A DNA stretch of 28,523 nt from Meiothermus sp. (GTDB lineage Bacteria > Deinococcota > Deinococci > Deinococcales > Thermaceae). Both the position numbers and the translations under genes were made by a program. The notes under the pieces were generated by a model. That model was not told the DNA's origin, searched no databases, and saw only the letters and a program-made list of their open reading frames with translations. Shown here one piece after another: positions 19,175 through 27,436 of the stretch. Position 1 is the stretch's first letter, and every line of letters starts with the position of its first letter. The stretch is taken from assembly GCA_033762915.1 (NCBI GenBank), contig JANRLD010000012.1:1-28523 (forward strand), given 5' to 3'.

Positions 19175-19339
19175 ATGGCCCCTCACGACTTGCGGAGTTG
19201 AGCGCCGTATCGTCGTGGTCCCCGTGGCCTCCGTGTCCCCCTTCGCACAAAAAGGCGCGGAAGGCAGCGGGATGGCAAAGTCCATCGAGGGTTCGCCAAC
19301 GCCGGGGGGTCTTTCTCGCAGACCATTTTCGGTGAACCT

Positions 19340-20440
19340 ATGAACCTTCGCCCCACTTCAGCCCAAGAACTTCAAGAACTCGTCCGCACGAGCAATGCCG
19401 GCGTGCGCCCCGACTCGAGGCCGAGCTTTCTCCCCCGGGGCGGCGGCACCAAGACCGCGCTTTCCCGGCCCACAGAGGGCCAAACCACGGTGGAGATGAC
19501 CGGGCTAAGCGGGGTGAAAGAATACGACCCCGGCGAGTATGTCTTTGTCGCCAGGGCGGGAACCCCCCTCAAAGAAATTCAAACCCTGCTCGCCCAGCAC
19601 GGGCAGTACCTTCCCTTCGATCCACCGTTCGTACAGCAGGGCGCGACACTGGGTGGAACCGTCGCGGCCAACCTCTCGGGCAGCCTTCGGCAGCGCTACG
19701 GCGGGGTGCGCGACTTTATCCTGGGCGTGCAGTTCGTGGACGGGGCGGGCAACCTGGTGCGCGGCGGCGGCAAGGTGGTCAAGAACGCGGCGGGTTTCGA
19801 CCTGCCCAAGCTGATGGTGGGAAGCCTGGGGCGGCTGGGGATTCTGACCGAGGTGGCCTTCAAGGTCTTTCCCTTCCCCAGGGCCACCGCCACGGTGGAG
19901 TTCGGCTTTGAGGGCCTCGAGGCTGCCCTCGAAGCCCTCTACAAACTCGCAGGCTCGCACTTCGAGTTCCACGCCCTCGACCTCGAGCCCCCCGCTACCC
20001 TGGTGGCTCGCATCGGCGGCCTGCCCGAAGCCCTCCAGGCCCGCCTCGAGAACCTGCGGACCTTTATCGGGCAGCGCGGCACCCAGCCCGACGGCGACGA
20101 GGCCCAGTACTGGGCCGGGTTGAACGGCCTGAACTTCCAGGCCACTCCCCGTCCAGCCTCCACCGCCGAGGGGGGAGGGGATTGGGTGGTCAAGGTCGCG
20201 CTGACGCCGAAGAAGATTCCGGCCCTCGAGCCCCTCCTCCACGGCCTCCCCCACCGCTACATGAGCGCGGGCAACCTGCTCTACGTGCAAACCGCCGACC
20301 CCCCAGCCCTCGACGTCGCGCTCAAAACGCAGGGCCTCTCGGGCCTGGTGCTGACGGGGGCTGTGGACAACCCGTACCTGGGAGTAAACTTGGATCAGGT
20401 CTTCGCAACCCGGGTGCGCTCGGCGATGCAAAAGAGATAA
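19340..20440 (+). CDS. glcE: Glycolate oxidase FAD-binding subunit
   Basis: RGGGTK, YDPGE, LPFDPP, GGKVVKNAAGFDL and GSLGRLG motifs; lies between glcD and glcF. Confidence 0.9.
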   Translation: MNLRPTSAQELQELVRTSNAGVRPDSRPSFLPRGGGTKTALSRPTEGQTTVEMTGLSGVKEYDPGEYVFVARAGTPLKEIQTLLAQHGQYLPFDPPFVQQGATLGGTVAANLSGSLRQRYGGVRDFILGVQFVDGAGNLVRGGGKVVKNAAGFDLPKLMVGSLGRLGILTEVAFKVFPFPRATATVEFGFEGLEAALEALYKLAGSHFEFHALDLEPPATLVARIGGLPEALQARLENLRTFIGQRGTQPDGDEAQYWAGLNGLNFQATPRPASTAEGGGDWVVKVALTPKKIPALEPLLHGLPHRYMSAGNLLYVQTADPPALDVALKTQGLSGLVLTGAVDNPYLGVNLDQVFATRVRSAMQKR

Positions 20441-20530
20441 AAGGAGGAAGGAAGAAGGAGGAAGGAGGGAATAGAAGGCAGAGCGGAACCCAGTGGTTTC
20501 TGCATCCTCTTTCCTCTCTCCTCTTTCCTC
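20441..20530. repeat. Inverted heptamer tandem repeats (purine block then pyrimidine block)
   Basis: AAGGAGG AAGGAAG AAGGAGG AAGGAGG ... TCCTCTT TCCTCTC TCCTCTT TCCTC. Confidence 0.75.
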
Positions 20531-20542
20531 GCCTTTGCAAAC

Positions 20543-21802
20543 ATGCAGCACAAGATAGACACCCAAAAACTCGGCCCTCAGGGCGAGATCATGGCCCACG
20601 CGGTGGAGGCCTGCGTACACTGCGGCTTCTGCCTTCCCGCCTGCCCCACCTACCAGGTGCTGGGCGAGGAAATGGACTCGCCCCGTGGGCGCATCTTCCT
20701 GATGAAGGAGGTGCTCGAGGGCGGCCTCAGCCTCGAGGAGGCCCAGCCGTATATCGACAAATGCCTGGGCTGTGTGGGCTGCGTGACCGCCTGCCCCTCC
20801 GGCGTGCCCTACGGCGAACTCATCTCCACCTACCGGGGCTGGGCCGAGCCCCAGCGCCACCGCAGCCCCTTCGAGCGGGTCTTCCGAATCGGCATTCAGG
20901 AGACCCTACCCTACCCCTCGAGGTTCCGCGCCGCCGCCGCGCTGGGCAGGCTCGGCAAACTGATGAAGCCGATCCTGCCACCGATGCTGCAAGCGCCCCT
21001 GAGCCTCCTGCCCGACGAGTTGCCAATGGCCCAGCCGCTCCCCGAGGTGATCCCAGCGGAGGGCCAGCGGAGGGCCAGGGTGGCTTTCCTGGCGGGCTGC
21101 GCCCAGCAGGTGCTCCAGCCCAATTTCAACGCCGCCACGCTGCGCGTCTTGGCTAAGAACGGGGTCGAAGTCGTCATCCCCAAGGGCCAAAGCTGCTGTG
21201 GCTCGCTGGCGCTGCACACCGGAGAACGGGCCAGGGCGCTGGGCTTCGCCCGCAACAACCTGCGGGCCTTCCCCAAGGACGTTGACGCCATCGTGACCAA
21301 CGCGGCCGGCTGCGGGTCTGGCCTCAGGGAGTACCACGTCCTTTTCCACGGCGAGCCCGAGGAGGCCAAGGCGGCGGAGTTCTCCAAGAGGGTCAAGGAC
21401 GTGTCGGTGTTCCTGATGGAACTGGGGCTCAGGCCGATACCTCAGCAGTCCCAGCCCCTCAAGGTCGCCTACCACGACGCCTGCCACCTGGCCCACGCCC
21501 AGGGCGTCCGGGCCGAGCCGCGCAAGCTGCTCAAGAGCATACCGGGGGTGGAGCTGTTGGAGCTTACCGACGGCGAGCTGTGCTGCGGCAGCGCGGGCAC
21601 CTACAACCTCGAGCAGCCCGAGATCGCGGGCGAGCTGGGCCGCCGCAAGGCCGAGGCCATCGTCGCCACGGGGGCCCAGGTGGTGGTGACAGGCAACATC
21701 GGCTGCTTCACCCAGATCCAGACCCACCTAAAAAAGCTGGGCAAGGACATCCCTGCCCTACACACCCTCGAGCTGCTAGACCGGGCCTACAACGGCAAAT
21801 GA
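20543..21802 (+). CDS. glcF: Glycolate oxidase iron-sulfur subunit
   Basis: [12 protein letters not shown] and [12 protein letters not shown] ferredoxin motifs; two CCG domains; YHDACHL. Confidence 0.93.
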   Translation: MQHKIDTQKLGPQGEIMAHAVEACVHCGFCLPACPTYQVLGEEMDSPRGRIFLMKEVLEGGLSLEEAQPYIDKCLGCVGCVTACPSGVPYGELISTYRGWAEPQRHRSPFERVFRIGIQETLPYPSRFRAAAALGRLGKLMKPILPPMLQAPLSLLPDELPMAQPLPEVIPAEGQRRARVAFLAGCAQQVLQPNFNAATLRVLAKNGVEVVIPKGQSCCGSLALHTGERARALGFARNNLRAFPKDVDAIVTNAAGCGSGLREYHVLFHGEPEEAKAAEFSKRVKDVSVFLMELGLRPIPQQSQPLKVAYHDACHLAHAQGVRAEPRKLLKSIPGVELLELTDGELCCGSAGTYNLEQPEIAGELGRRKAEAIVATGAQVVVTGNIGCFTQIQTHLKKLGKDIPALHTLELLDRAYNGK

Positions 21803-21915
21803 GGGCGCTGCGCCGGATTTACCGGTTCACGCCACCACCCACTGTGGTCCTCGCGAACTCCCCGCACTCCTGGCTCCGCCGCGGGTGCTCGTGCAGACCG
21901 ACCCTTTGAGCCCCT

Positions 21916-22404
21916 TCACCCCAGCATCTTTCGCGTCAGATCGGCAAAGGCGTCCTCGACCGCCTGGCCGGTCTTGGCGCTGGTGTAGCGAATGTCCCAG
22001 CCGCTCTCGCGGAGGGCTTGGACTTTGGCCTCATCGAGCATCCACTCGAGGTCGGCCTTGTTAACCAGGAGCAAGAAGGGCACCCTCCCCAGGATCTCCT
22101 CGGCCCTGGACTGGATGCTCTGGGCAACCTCTAGGGTCTCCGGGCGGGTCCCGTCGGCGACCAGCAGGTAGCCCGAACTGCCGCGCAGATAGAAGCTCTG
22201 GATGCGCTGGAACTGATCCTCACCGTACAAGTCCCACAACACCAAGTTGACCTCTTGGCCGTCCACGCTGAGGGCCTTCTTGTCTATCTTGACCCCCACG
22301 GTGGTCTGGTATTTGTCGGAGAAGATACTGTGGACGTAGCGCGAGACCAGGCTGGTCTTACCGACCCCGTACGCCCCCAACATGCAGATTTTCTTTTGAA
22401 TCAC
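21916..22404 (-). CDS. Small Ras-superfamily (Rab-like, Rup-type) GTPase
   Basis: G1 GAYGVGKT, G2 TTVG, G3 WDLYG, G4 NKAD, G5 SAK; 162 aa from the GTG at 22404. Confidence 0.92.
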   Translation of the reverse strand: MIQKKICMLGAYGVGKTSLVSRYVHSIFSDKYQTTVGVKIDKKALSVDGQEVNLVLWDLYGEDQFQRIQSFYLRGSSGYLLVADGTRPETLEVAQSIQSRAEEILGRVPFLLLVNKADLEWMLDEAKVQALRESGWDIRYTSAKTGQAVEDAFADLTRKMLG

Positions 22405-22555
22405 GCTACAGCCTGCCCCCCGGCTCAGGCCCCCGCTAATCACGACATTAAGCCGAACGGAAGACCTTGCGCCACACGATGAATATATCCCCAAACTGGC
22501 GCGGAATTCCGCATCAGCATACGGGTGGAGGGGGCGAAAACGCAAGTTTTCACGA

Positions 22556-23842
22556 TCATGGGGAGACCACCCGATTTTGCAGCCGCTCCACCCCGAACGT
22601 AGCGGCCAAATCCACCAGGCGGCGGCGCCACTCCGGCGCGGCGGTACCGGTCGCCACCAGCACCCCGTCCTGCCAGTTGAGCTGGACGGTCTCGGGGGTG
22701 TTGAGCAGGAGCCGCAGGCGGCGCAGCAGCAGTTCGGGCTCCAGCGACTGGAAGGGCAGCCAGCGGGCCTGAAGGCGCTCGGGGCGGATGGGCAGCCCCT
22801 CGAGGTAGGTGATAGGGTCGGAGGCCAGCGGGTCGCGCAACCCCTCCAGGCGGTAGCGCCGCGGGGCGCTGGTTACCACGATGCCGGGGGCGCTCTCGAG
22901 GCGCTGCAGATAGGTACTCCAGGCCCGGTCCGCCTGATAGTTCGTCCAGCCCCACCCGCCCAGCAGGGCCAGCAGGGCCACCCCGACCGCTATCAGCATG
23001 TAAGGGCGGCGGCTGGCCTTGGGCTTGTAGGCGGTCTCGAGGAGCCCCTCGAGCACCGGCGCGGCCGCAGCCAAGGGCGAGCTGTCGCCGTTGAAGTGTG
23101 CCAGCTCGCGCCCGAACTGGGTGTGCACCTCGACCAGCGCCTCCTCCATCCGGCCCTGCAGCTCCGGCTGGGCCGTTCCACGCACCACCAGCCCCAGCAC
23201 CGCCCTGGGACTCTGCTGCACCATCAGGGTGCGCTCGCCGAAGTCCACGGTGTTGAGGCCCGCGCCGGGGTCGAAGGAGTCGCGCACGAAGTCGCCGATG
23301 GCGGTGAGCATCCCCGAGACCATCGCCCCGTCCTGCACCTTCACCCCCTCGGCCACCTCGTGCAAGATTAGCAGGCCGCTGTCGCGGTGGATCAACAGGA
23401 CCTGCTCGACCCGGTACAAGAGGGTGTTGGACAGCACCACCTCGGCAAAAGACTTCCCGGTAGTGATGGCCTCGAGCCGCCAGCGGATGCCTTGCGGGGT
23501 GAAGGTCTGGTCGAGGGTGGCGTTGAGACTCTGGGTGAGCTGGGCCAACAGCACCGTCACCGCCCGGCGGATGGCGGGCAGCAGGACCGGAAACAGGATC
23601 TCGACGAGCAGCTTGGGGTTGCGCTTGACCAGCAAGAAGAACGACTCCTCGATGATCGGGTTAAGCGCCGCCTGGATGGTTTTATCCCGCCTTGCCCGCT
23701 GGGTCAGCGCCCCCGGCAACGCCTCCGAGACCTGCCGCTCCCAAACCTCGGGGTCGCCCAGTTCCTGGAGCCGCTCCTGCTCCGGCTGCAAGAGCAGGCG
23801 GCGCAGGAGCTCGTACTCTGGGGGGTCGGGGGGTTTGGTCAT
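22556..23842 (-). CDS. Single-pass membrane partner of the Rab-like GTPase: helical N-terminus, longin/roadblock-like domain, TM helix, BON-like C-terminus
   Basis: YRVEQVLLIHRDSGLL...DGAMVSGMLTAIGDFVRDSF segment; TM helix MLIAVGVALLALLGGWGW; LEGLRDPLA; co-oriented with the GTPase. Domain names are inferred. Confidence 0.8.
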   Translation of the reverse strand: MTKPPDPPEYELLRRLLLQPEQERLQELGDPEVWERQVSEALPGALTQRARRDKTIQAALNPIIEESFFLLVKRNPKLLVEILFPVLLPAIRRAVTVLLAQLTQSLNATLDQTFTPQGIRWRLEAITTGKSFAEVVLSNTLLYRVEQVLLIHRDSGLLILHEVAEGVKVQDGAMVSGMLTAIGDFVRDSFDPGAGLNTVDFGERTLMVQQSPRAVLGLVVRGTAQPELQGRMEEALVEVHTQFGRELAHFNGDSSPLAAAAPVLEGLLETAYKPKASRRPYMLIAVGVALLALLGGWGWTNYQADRAWSTYLQRLESAPGIVVTSAPRRYRLEGLRDPLASDPITYLEGLPIRPERLQARWLPFQSLEPELLLRRLRLLLNTPETVQLNWQDGVLVATGTAAPEWRRRLVDLAATFGVERLQNRVVSP

Positions 23843-23993
23843 AAGAGGCAAGGAGCAGACGGGCTGAGGGGCAGGCAGAAAAGGCGAAAGGGTTAGACTT
23901 CGGCGTTCTATCTTGAATGGCTACCGGCTCAGAGCTACCTGCTAATAGCCACTTGCTCTTTCTCCGTTGCTCCTCCGCCCCCCCGCGCCCCTG

Positions 23994-24491
23994 CTAGTCC
24001 TTCCGCAGTTTGTCCGCCACCCCTGCCAGCAGGTTGGCCAGGGCCACGCGGTCGGTCTTTTGCAGGCGGAGTTCGTCTACGGCGGCCTGGAGACTCGCCC
24101 CCAGGTTGTCCATCTTCTTGTGGGTCTCCTTGCCCTGCTCGCGCAGGTCGGAGCGGAGGTCTTTGATCTCGGCGGCCAGCCTGGTCTGGAGAGCGTCCAC
24201 GGCGCTGTCGAGGCTGTTTTGTAGGTCTCGGTCGGCAATCTGGCGGTCGTCGGCCTCCTGCGAGAGCAGGCCTGAGAGGCGGTTCTCCAGCGCCCCGATC
24301 CGATCCAGCAGGGCCTGGTTCATGCTGCTCGCACTCTGGGCGAAGCGTTCCTCGAGGCCCCCCAGCTTGCGGTCGAACTCCCGCATCTGCTGCCCAAACA
24401 AAATCAGTCGGATCTGCTCGAGGTTCTGGTCGGGGCTATCCGGGGGCAATACTGAATCCTCGGCGGGTGAAGCGTTGGCGCGTTTTGACAT
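23994..24491 (-). CDS. Small coiled-coil protein, first gene of the GTPase module
   Basis: LEQIRLILFGQQMREF start and KTDRVALANLL end; heptad-rich; leaderless TACCCT 6 nt upstream. Confidence 0.82.
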   Translation of the reverse strand: MSKRANASPAEDSVLPPDSPDQNLEQIRLILFGQQMREFDRKLGGLEERFAQSASSMNQALLDRIGALENRLSGLLSQEADDRQIADRDLQNSLDSAVDALQTRLAAEIKDLRSDLREQGKETHKKMDNLGASLQAAVDELRLQKTDRVALANLLAGVADKLRKD

Positions 24492-24535
24492 GAGAATAGG
24501 GTAACACGGCTATGGGGGCGCCGAATTGTTTATGA

Positions 24536-24740
24536 AAGCGGTTCTCACAAATACCCGGCGCGGCCAACACTGCCGTACCGGGTAGTGGTGGGAACTGCGA
24601 CGAGTGAGAGCGGTTCCCATGCATACTCCCTACAGGGGTTATTGCTGTAGAGCGGTTCCCACGAACACTCGGTACGCGGCTTTTGCCGTATCGAGTGCAA
24701 TACTCCGCACCGTGGGCGGAGTATGGGTGGGAAACAGGAT
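24536..24740. repeat. Tandem cluster of the structured repeat: copy D 24538-24598, partial E 24607-24648, copy B 24649-24740
   Basis: Three AGCGGTT(C/T)(C/T)CA starts; D and B close with GTGGGAA and carry internal stems (TACCCGG/CCGGGTA; ATACTCCGC/GCGGAGTAT). Confidence 0.8.
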
Positions 24741-24878
24741 GAGCCTGGGGGCGAGGGCCAGAGGGTTGAAAGGGCATGGCAGGGGTGGCTCTGGCTTCCC
24801 GTCTCGCACCGCCCTATTGCCCGGTCTGAATCGCGATAAACCGTACCGAAATCCAACCCATTGCATAATCAGGTCGAG

Positions 24879-25418
24879 ATGGCCCGACTCCCCCGCCTGG
24901 ACGCGCTCTCCCTGGCCGAGTACTTTGCCAGCGAGGCCAACCGCTCGAGGCCCTACGAGTACCTAGATGGGCAGGTGTACCCGCTGGCCGAGCCCTCGCC
25001 CAGCCACGAGCGGATTCGGGACAACCTGGTGGCGCTGCTCCAGCCCAAGGTGAACCTCGAGCGCACCCGGCTGGAGCATCTGCGTAAGCTCAAGGTGGGT
25101 CACAACCGGGTCTACTACCCCGACCTGATGGTACTCAGCCAGCCCAGCCCCAACCCCCAGTTCGAGGAATTCCCCACCCTGCTGATCGAAATTTGCACCT
25201 GGGAGACCGAGCGAATCGACCGAGGAGAAAAGCTGCTCACCTACCAGTCCATCCCCGGCCTCATCACCTACCTGATGGTGCACTCCGAGCGCCGCCTGGT
25301 GGAACTGCTCGAGCGCGGCCTGCGTGGCAACTGGCAGTACACGGCGGCGGGCAATACGGGCGCGATCGAGCTGTACAGCCCGAATACGACACTGGATTTG
25401 GAAGAAGTCTACCGCTGA
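24879..25418 (+). CDS. Uma2 family PD-(D/E)XK endonuclease
   Basis: YEYLDGQVY, YYPDLMV, PTLLIEI and DRGEKLLTY motifs. Confidence 0.88.
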   Translation: MARLPRLDALSLAEYFASEANRSRPYEYLDGQVYPLAEPSPSHERIRDNLVALLQPKVNLERTRLEHLRKLKVGHNRVYYPDLMVLSQPSPNPQFEEFPTLLIEICTWETERIDRGEKLLTYQSIPGLITYLMVHSERRLVELLERGLRGNWQYTAAGNTGAIELYSPNTTLDLEEVYR

Positions 25419-25518
25419 GGGCCAGCGGCCGGCCCTGGGCCCTCGGCTCTCCCTCGCTTCCCCTTCCTGCATATAACCCACCCCCCCGCCGCCGACTCGG
25501 CATACTGTAGCCTTAGGG

Positions 25519-26565
25519 ATGATCCGTGCCGCGCTGGGGACAATTGAGCTGGGCGACCTGCTACGCACCCTCGAGGGGGGGCGCAAGAGCGCAACCGTCA
25601 CCGTGGAGTGCGAGAAGGTGATGGGGCGGATTCACATCCGCGAAGGCAAGCTGGCCTACGTCCACACCGACCCAGGGCCGCACCTTGGTGAGTATTTCAT
25701 CCGCTTCGACTACCTGACCCTGGAGCAGGTGCAAGAGCTGGTGGCGTTGCAGCAGAGCCAGAACGCGGGCACCCCGCTGGGCTACCTGGCCCTCAAGCGA
25801 GGACTGATCAACCAGGACGAGCTACAGGACGTGCTGCATGCCCAGATCCTGGACGCGCTGGCCACCATCCTCAAACAGACCACGGGCGAGCTGCTGGCCG
25901 AGCCGCTGCCGGTGGAGGTCTCGCAGATCGTGCTGCCCGGCATGGCCGAGACCAGCACCATGCTGATGGAGGCGCTGCGCCGTCTGGACGAGTGGAACCG
26001 AGGGGGCGTCGACCCCGACGTGGTGCTGCGCCTGGACGGCGACCCCACCCGCCACCCCCTAGCGGGCGACGCCTGGAGCGTGCTGGCCAAGGTGGACGGG
26101 GTAAAGCGGGCCCGATCCATCGCGCTGGAGTGCGAGATGCCCGAGGAGCACGTCTACCATCTGCTGTATGAGCTGGTCAGCCGGGGCCTGCTGAGGGAAT
26201 CGGAAATCCGCCCGCAAGACCCCTGCCTGCTGGTCATCGCCGAGTCCGAGCTGAACCGCCGCCTGCTGCTGGTAGCCCTCGAGCGCGCCCGCTACCAGGT
26301 GCTGCTCCCCCAAGACCTTCCCAGCGCCCGCCGCCTGATCCTGCAGCACCGCCCCAAGGGGGCCATCCTCGAGGGCGAGGACCACAACAACGTGGCCCGC
26401 TACCTGCGCAACATCACCGAGGCCAAGTACATCCCGATCTGGGCCGTGAGCGAGCGCCCGCCACGCAATTCCTGGCTGCGCAACGACCGCATCCTGCACA
26501 TCCCCAAGCCCTTCAGCGAGGAGGACTTGCTCGAGGCGGTCTCGGTAATTAAGCGGGTAATGTAG
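25519..26565 (+). CDS. DUF4388 (PatA-N) domain protein with C-terminal receiver-like domain
   Basis: LGDLLRTLEGGRKSATV...GRIHIREGKL, LGEYF, LMEALRRLDEW, and a C-terminal receiver-like fold ending HIPKPFSEEDL. Confidence 0.82.
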   Translation: MIRAALGTIELGDLLRTLEGGRKSATVTVECEKVMGRIHIREGKLAYVHTDPGPHLGEYFIRFDYLTLEQVQELVALQQSQNAGTPLGYLALKRGLINQDELQDVLHAQILDALATILKQTTGELLAEPLPVEVSQIVLPGMAETSTMLMEALRRLDEWNRGGVDPDVVLRLDGDPTRHPLAGDAWSVLAKVDGVKRARSIALECEMPEEHVYHLLYELVSRGLLRESEIRPQDPCLLVIAESELNRRLLLVALERARYQVLLPQDLPSARRLILQHRPKGAILEGEDHNNVARYLRNITEAKYIPIWAVSERPPRNSWLRNDRILHIPKPFSEEDLLEAVSVIKRVM

Positions 26566-26623
26566 GCTCGAAGCCGCTGTAGGCGTGATCAGGTGACGCT
26601 TCAGTACCGGCCTGCAGCACGAA

Positions 26624-27247
26624 TTAGTTGGTTACCTTCTCGCGCTTGGGCTCTCGGTTGATGGCCCCACTGAGCATCAGCTCGAGGAATTTGTTCATCT
26701 CGTCGCCCAGGTGGCGCTCGGGCGAGTAGGCCGCCCAGCGCAGGAAGGCCAGCAGGAACACGTCGGCGATGGAGCGGGAGATGCGCTCCAGACTCATGTC
26801 CTCGCGCAGCCGACCCTGGAGCCTCAGCGGGCGCAGGATCTCGGCGATCAGGTCGCCCACAGGCAGCGCCTCGAAGGCCGCCTTGGCCCGCTGGGCGTCG
26901 GGGTTGAGCAGTTCGTAGGCCAGCGGCGAGAGCAACACCCGCTCGCGCTCGCTGACCTCGGCCAGACGCCCCCACAACCGGTGCAGCACCTCCAGCGGCG
27001 CGTCGCCCTGGTTCAGCTCGGCCAGGGCCTGCTCGCGCAGCTCGCCCAGCAGTTGCGCCCCGAAGTCCAGCAGCACCGCCTCCTTGTAGGCGTAGTAGTT
27101 AAAGAAGGTGCCCCTCGAGACGTGCGAGGCCCGCGCGATGTCGGTGGCGGTGGTGGCGTGAAAGCCCTTATCTCGGAATAGGTTGACGGCGGTACGAAAA
27201 ATCCGATCCCGACGCCGTTGTTTCTGTCGCTCGCGCAGCGAGAGCAT
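26624..27247 (-). CDS. fadR: TetR-family fatty-acid degradation repressor (Thermus FadR orthologue)
   Basis: HVSRGTFFNYY-YKEAVLL, YELLNPD, AAFEALP-GDLIAEIL and LRWAAY match my recollection of T. thermophilus FadR; leaderless TACAAT 6 nt upstream. Confidence 0.82.
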   Translation of the reverse strand: MLSLRERQKQRRRDRIFRTAVNLFRDKGFHATTATDIARASHVSRGTFFNYYAYKEAVLLDFGAQLLGELREQALAELNQGDAPLEVLHRLWGRLAEVSERERVLLSPLAYELLNPDAQRAKAAFEALPVGDLIAEILRPLRLQGRLREDMSLERISRSIADVFLLAFLRWAAYSPERHLGDEMNKFLELMLSGAINREPKREKVTN

Positions 27248-27254
27248 GGCTGGA

Positions 27255-27270
27255 TTGTACTTGAGTCTAA
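27255..27270. promoter_or_regulatory. Candidate FadR autoregulatory operator overlapping the -10 box
   Basis: TTGTACTTGAGTCTAA, an imperfect palindrome (TTnnACT-nn-AGTnnAA). Confidence 0.55.
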
Positions 27271-27436
27271 AAAAAAGGTAAAGGCAGCCAGAGGGCTCGA
27301 GCGTTAGCCACTCCTTGAGCTGGGCTCGGGGTTTGCCGCCCAGGCTGCCCGATGGTGCCATGCGCTGCCCCGGCGGGCAATTGTGCCAGGAGGTGCGTAC
27401 TGGCTCTGCCGGAAGTGCAAAAACCCAGGCCCAACA

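Noticed and set aside
22501..22512. Palindrome GCGGAATTCCGC upstream of the GTPase
   Set aside because: Single short occurrence with no supporting context.
24536..24740. Possible mini CRISPR array
   Set aside because: The shared word is only about 13 nt, spacing is irregular, the intervening parts are self-complementary, dispersed single copies exist, and there are no cas genes.
24879..25418. Uma2 gene as part of a defence system
   Set aside because: It stands alone with no methyltransferase or partner; Uma2 paralogues are common and scattered in this lineage.
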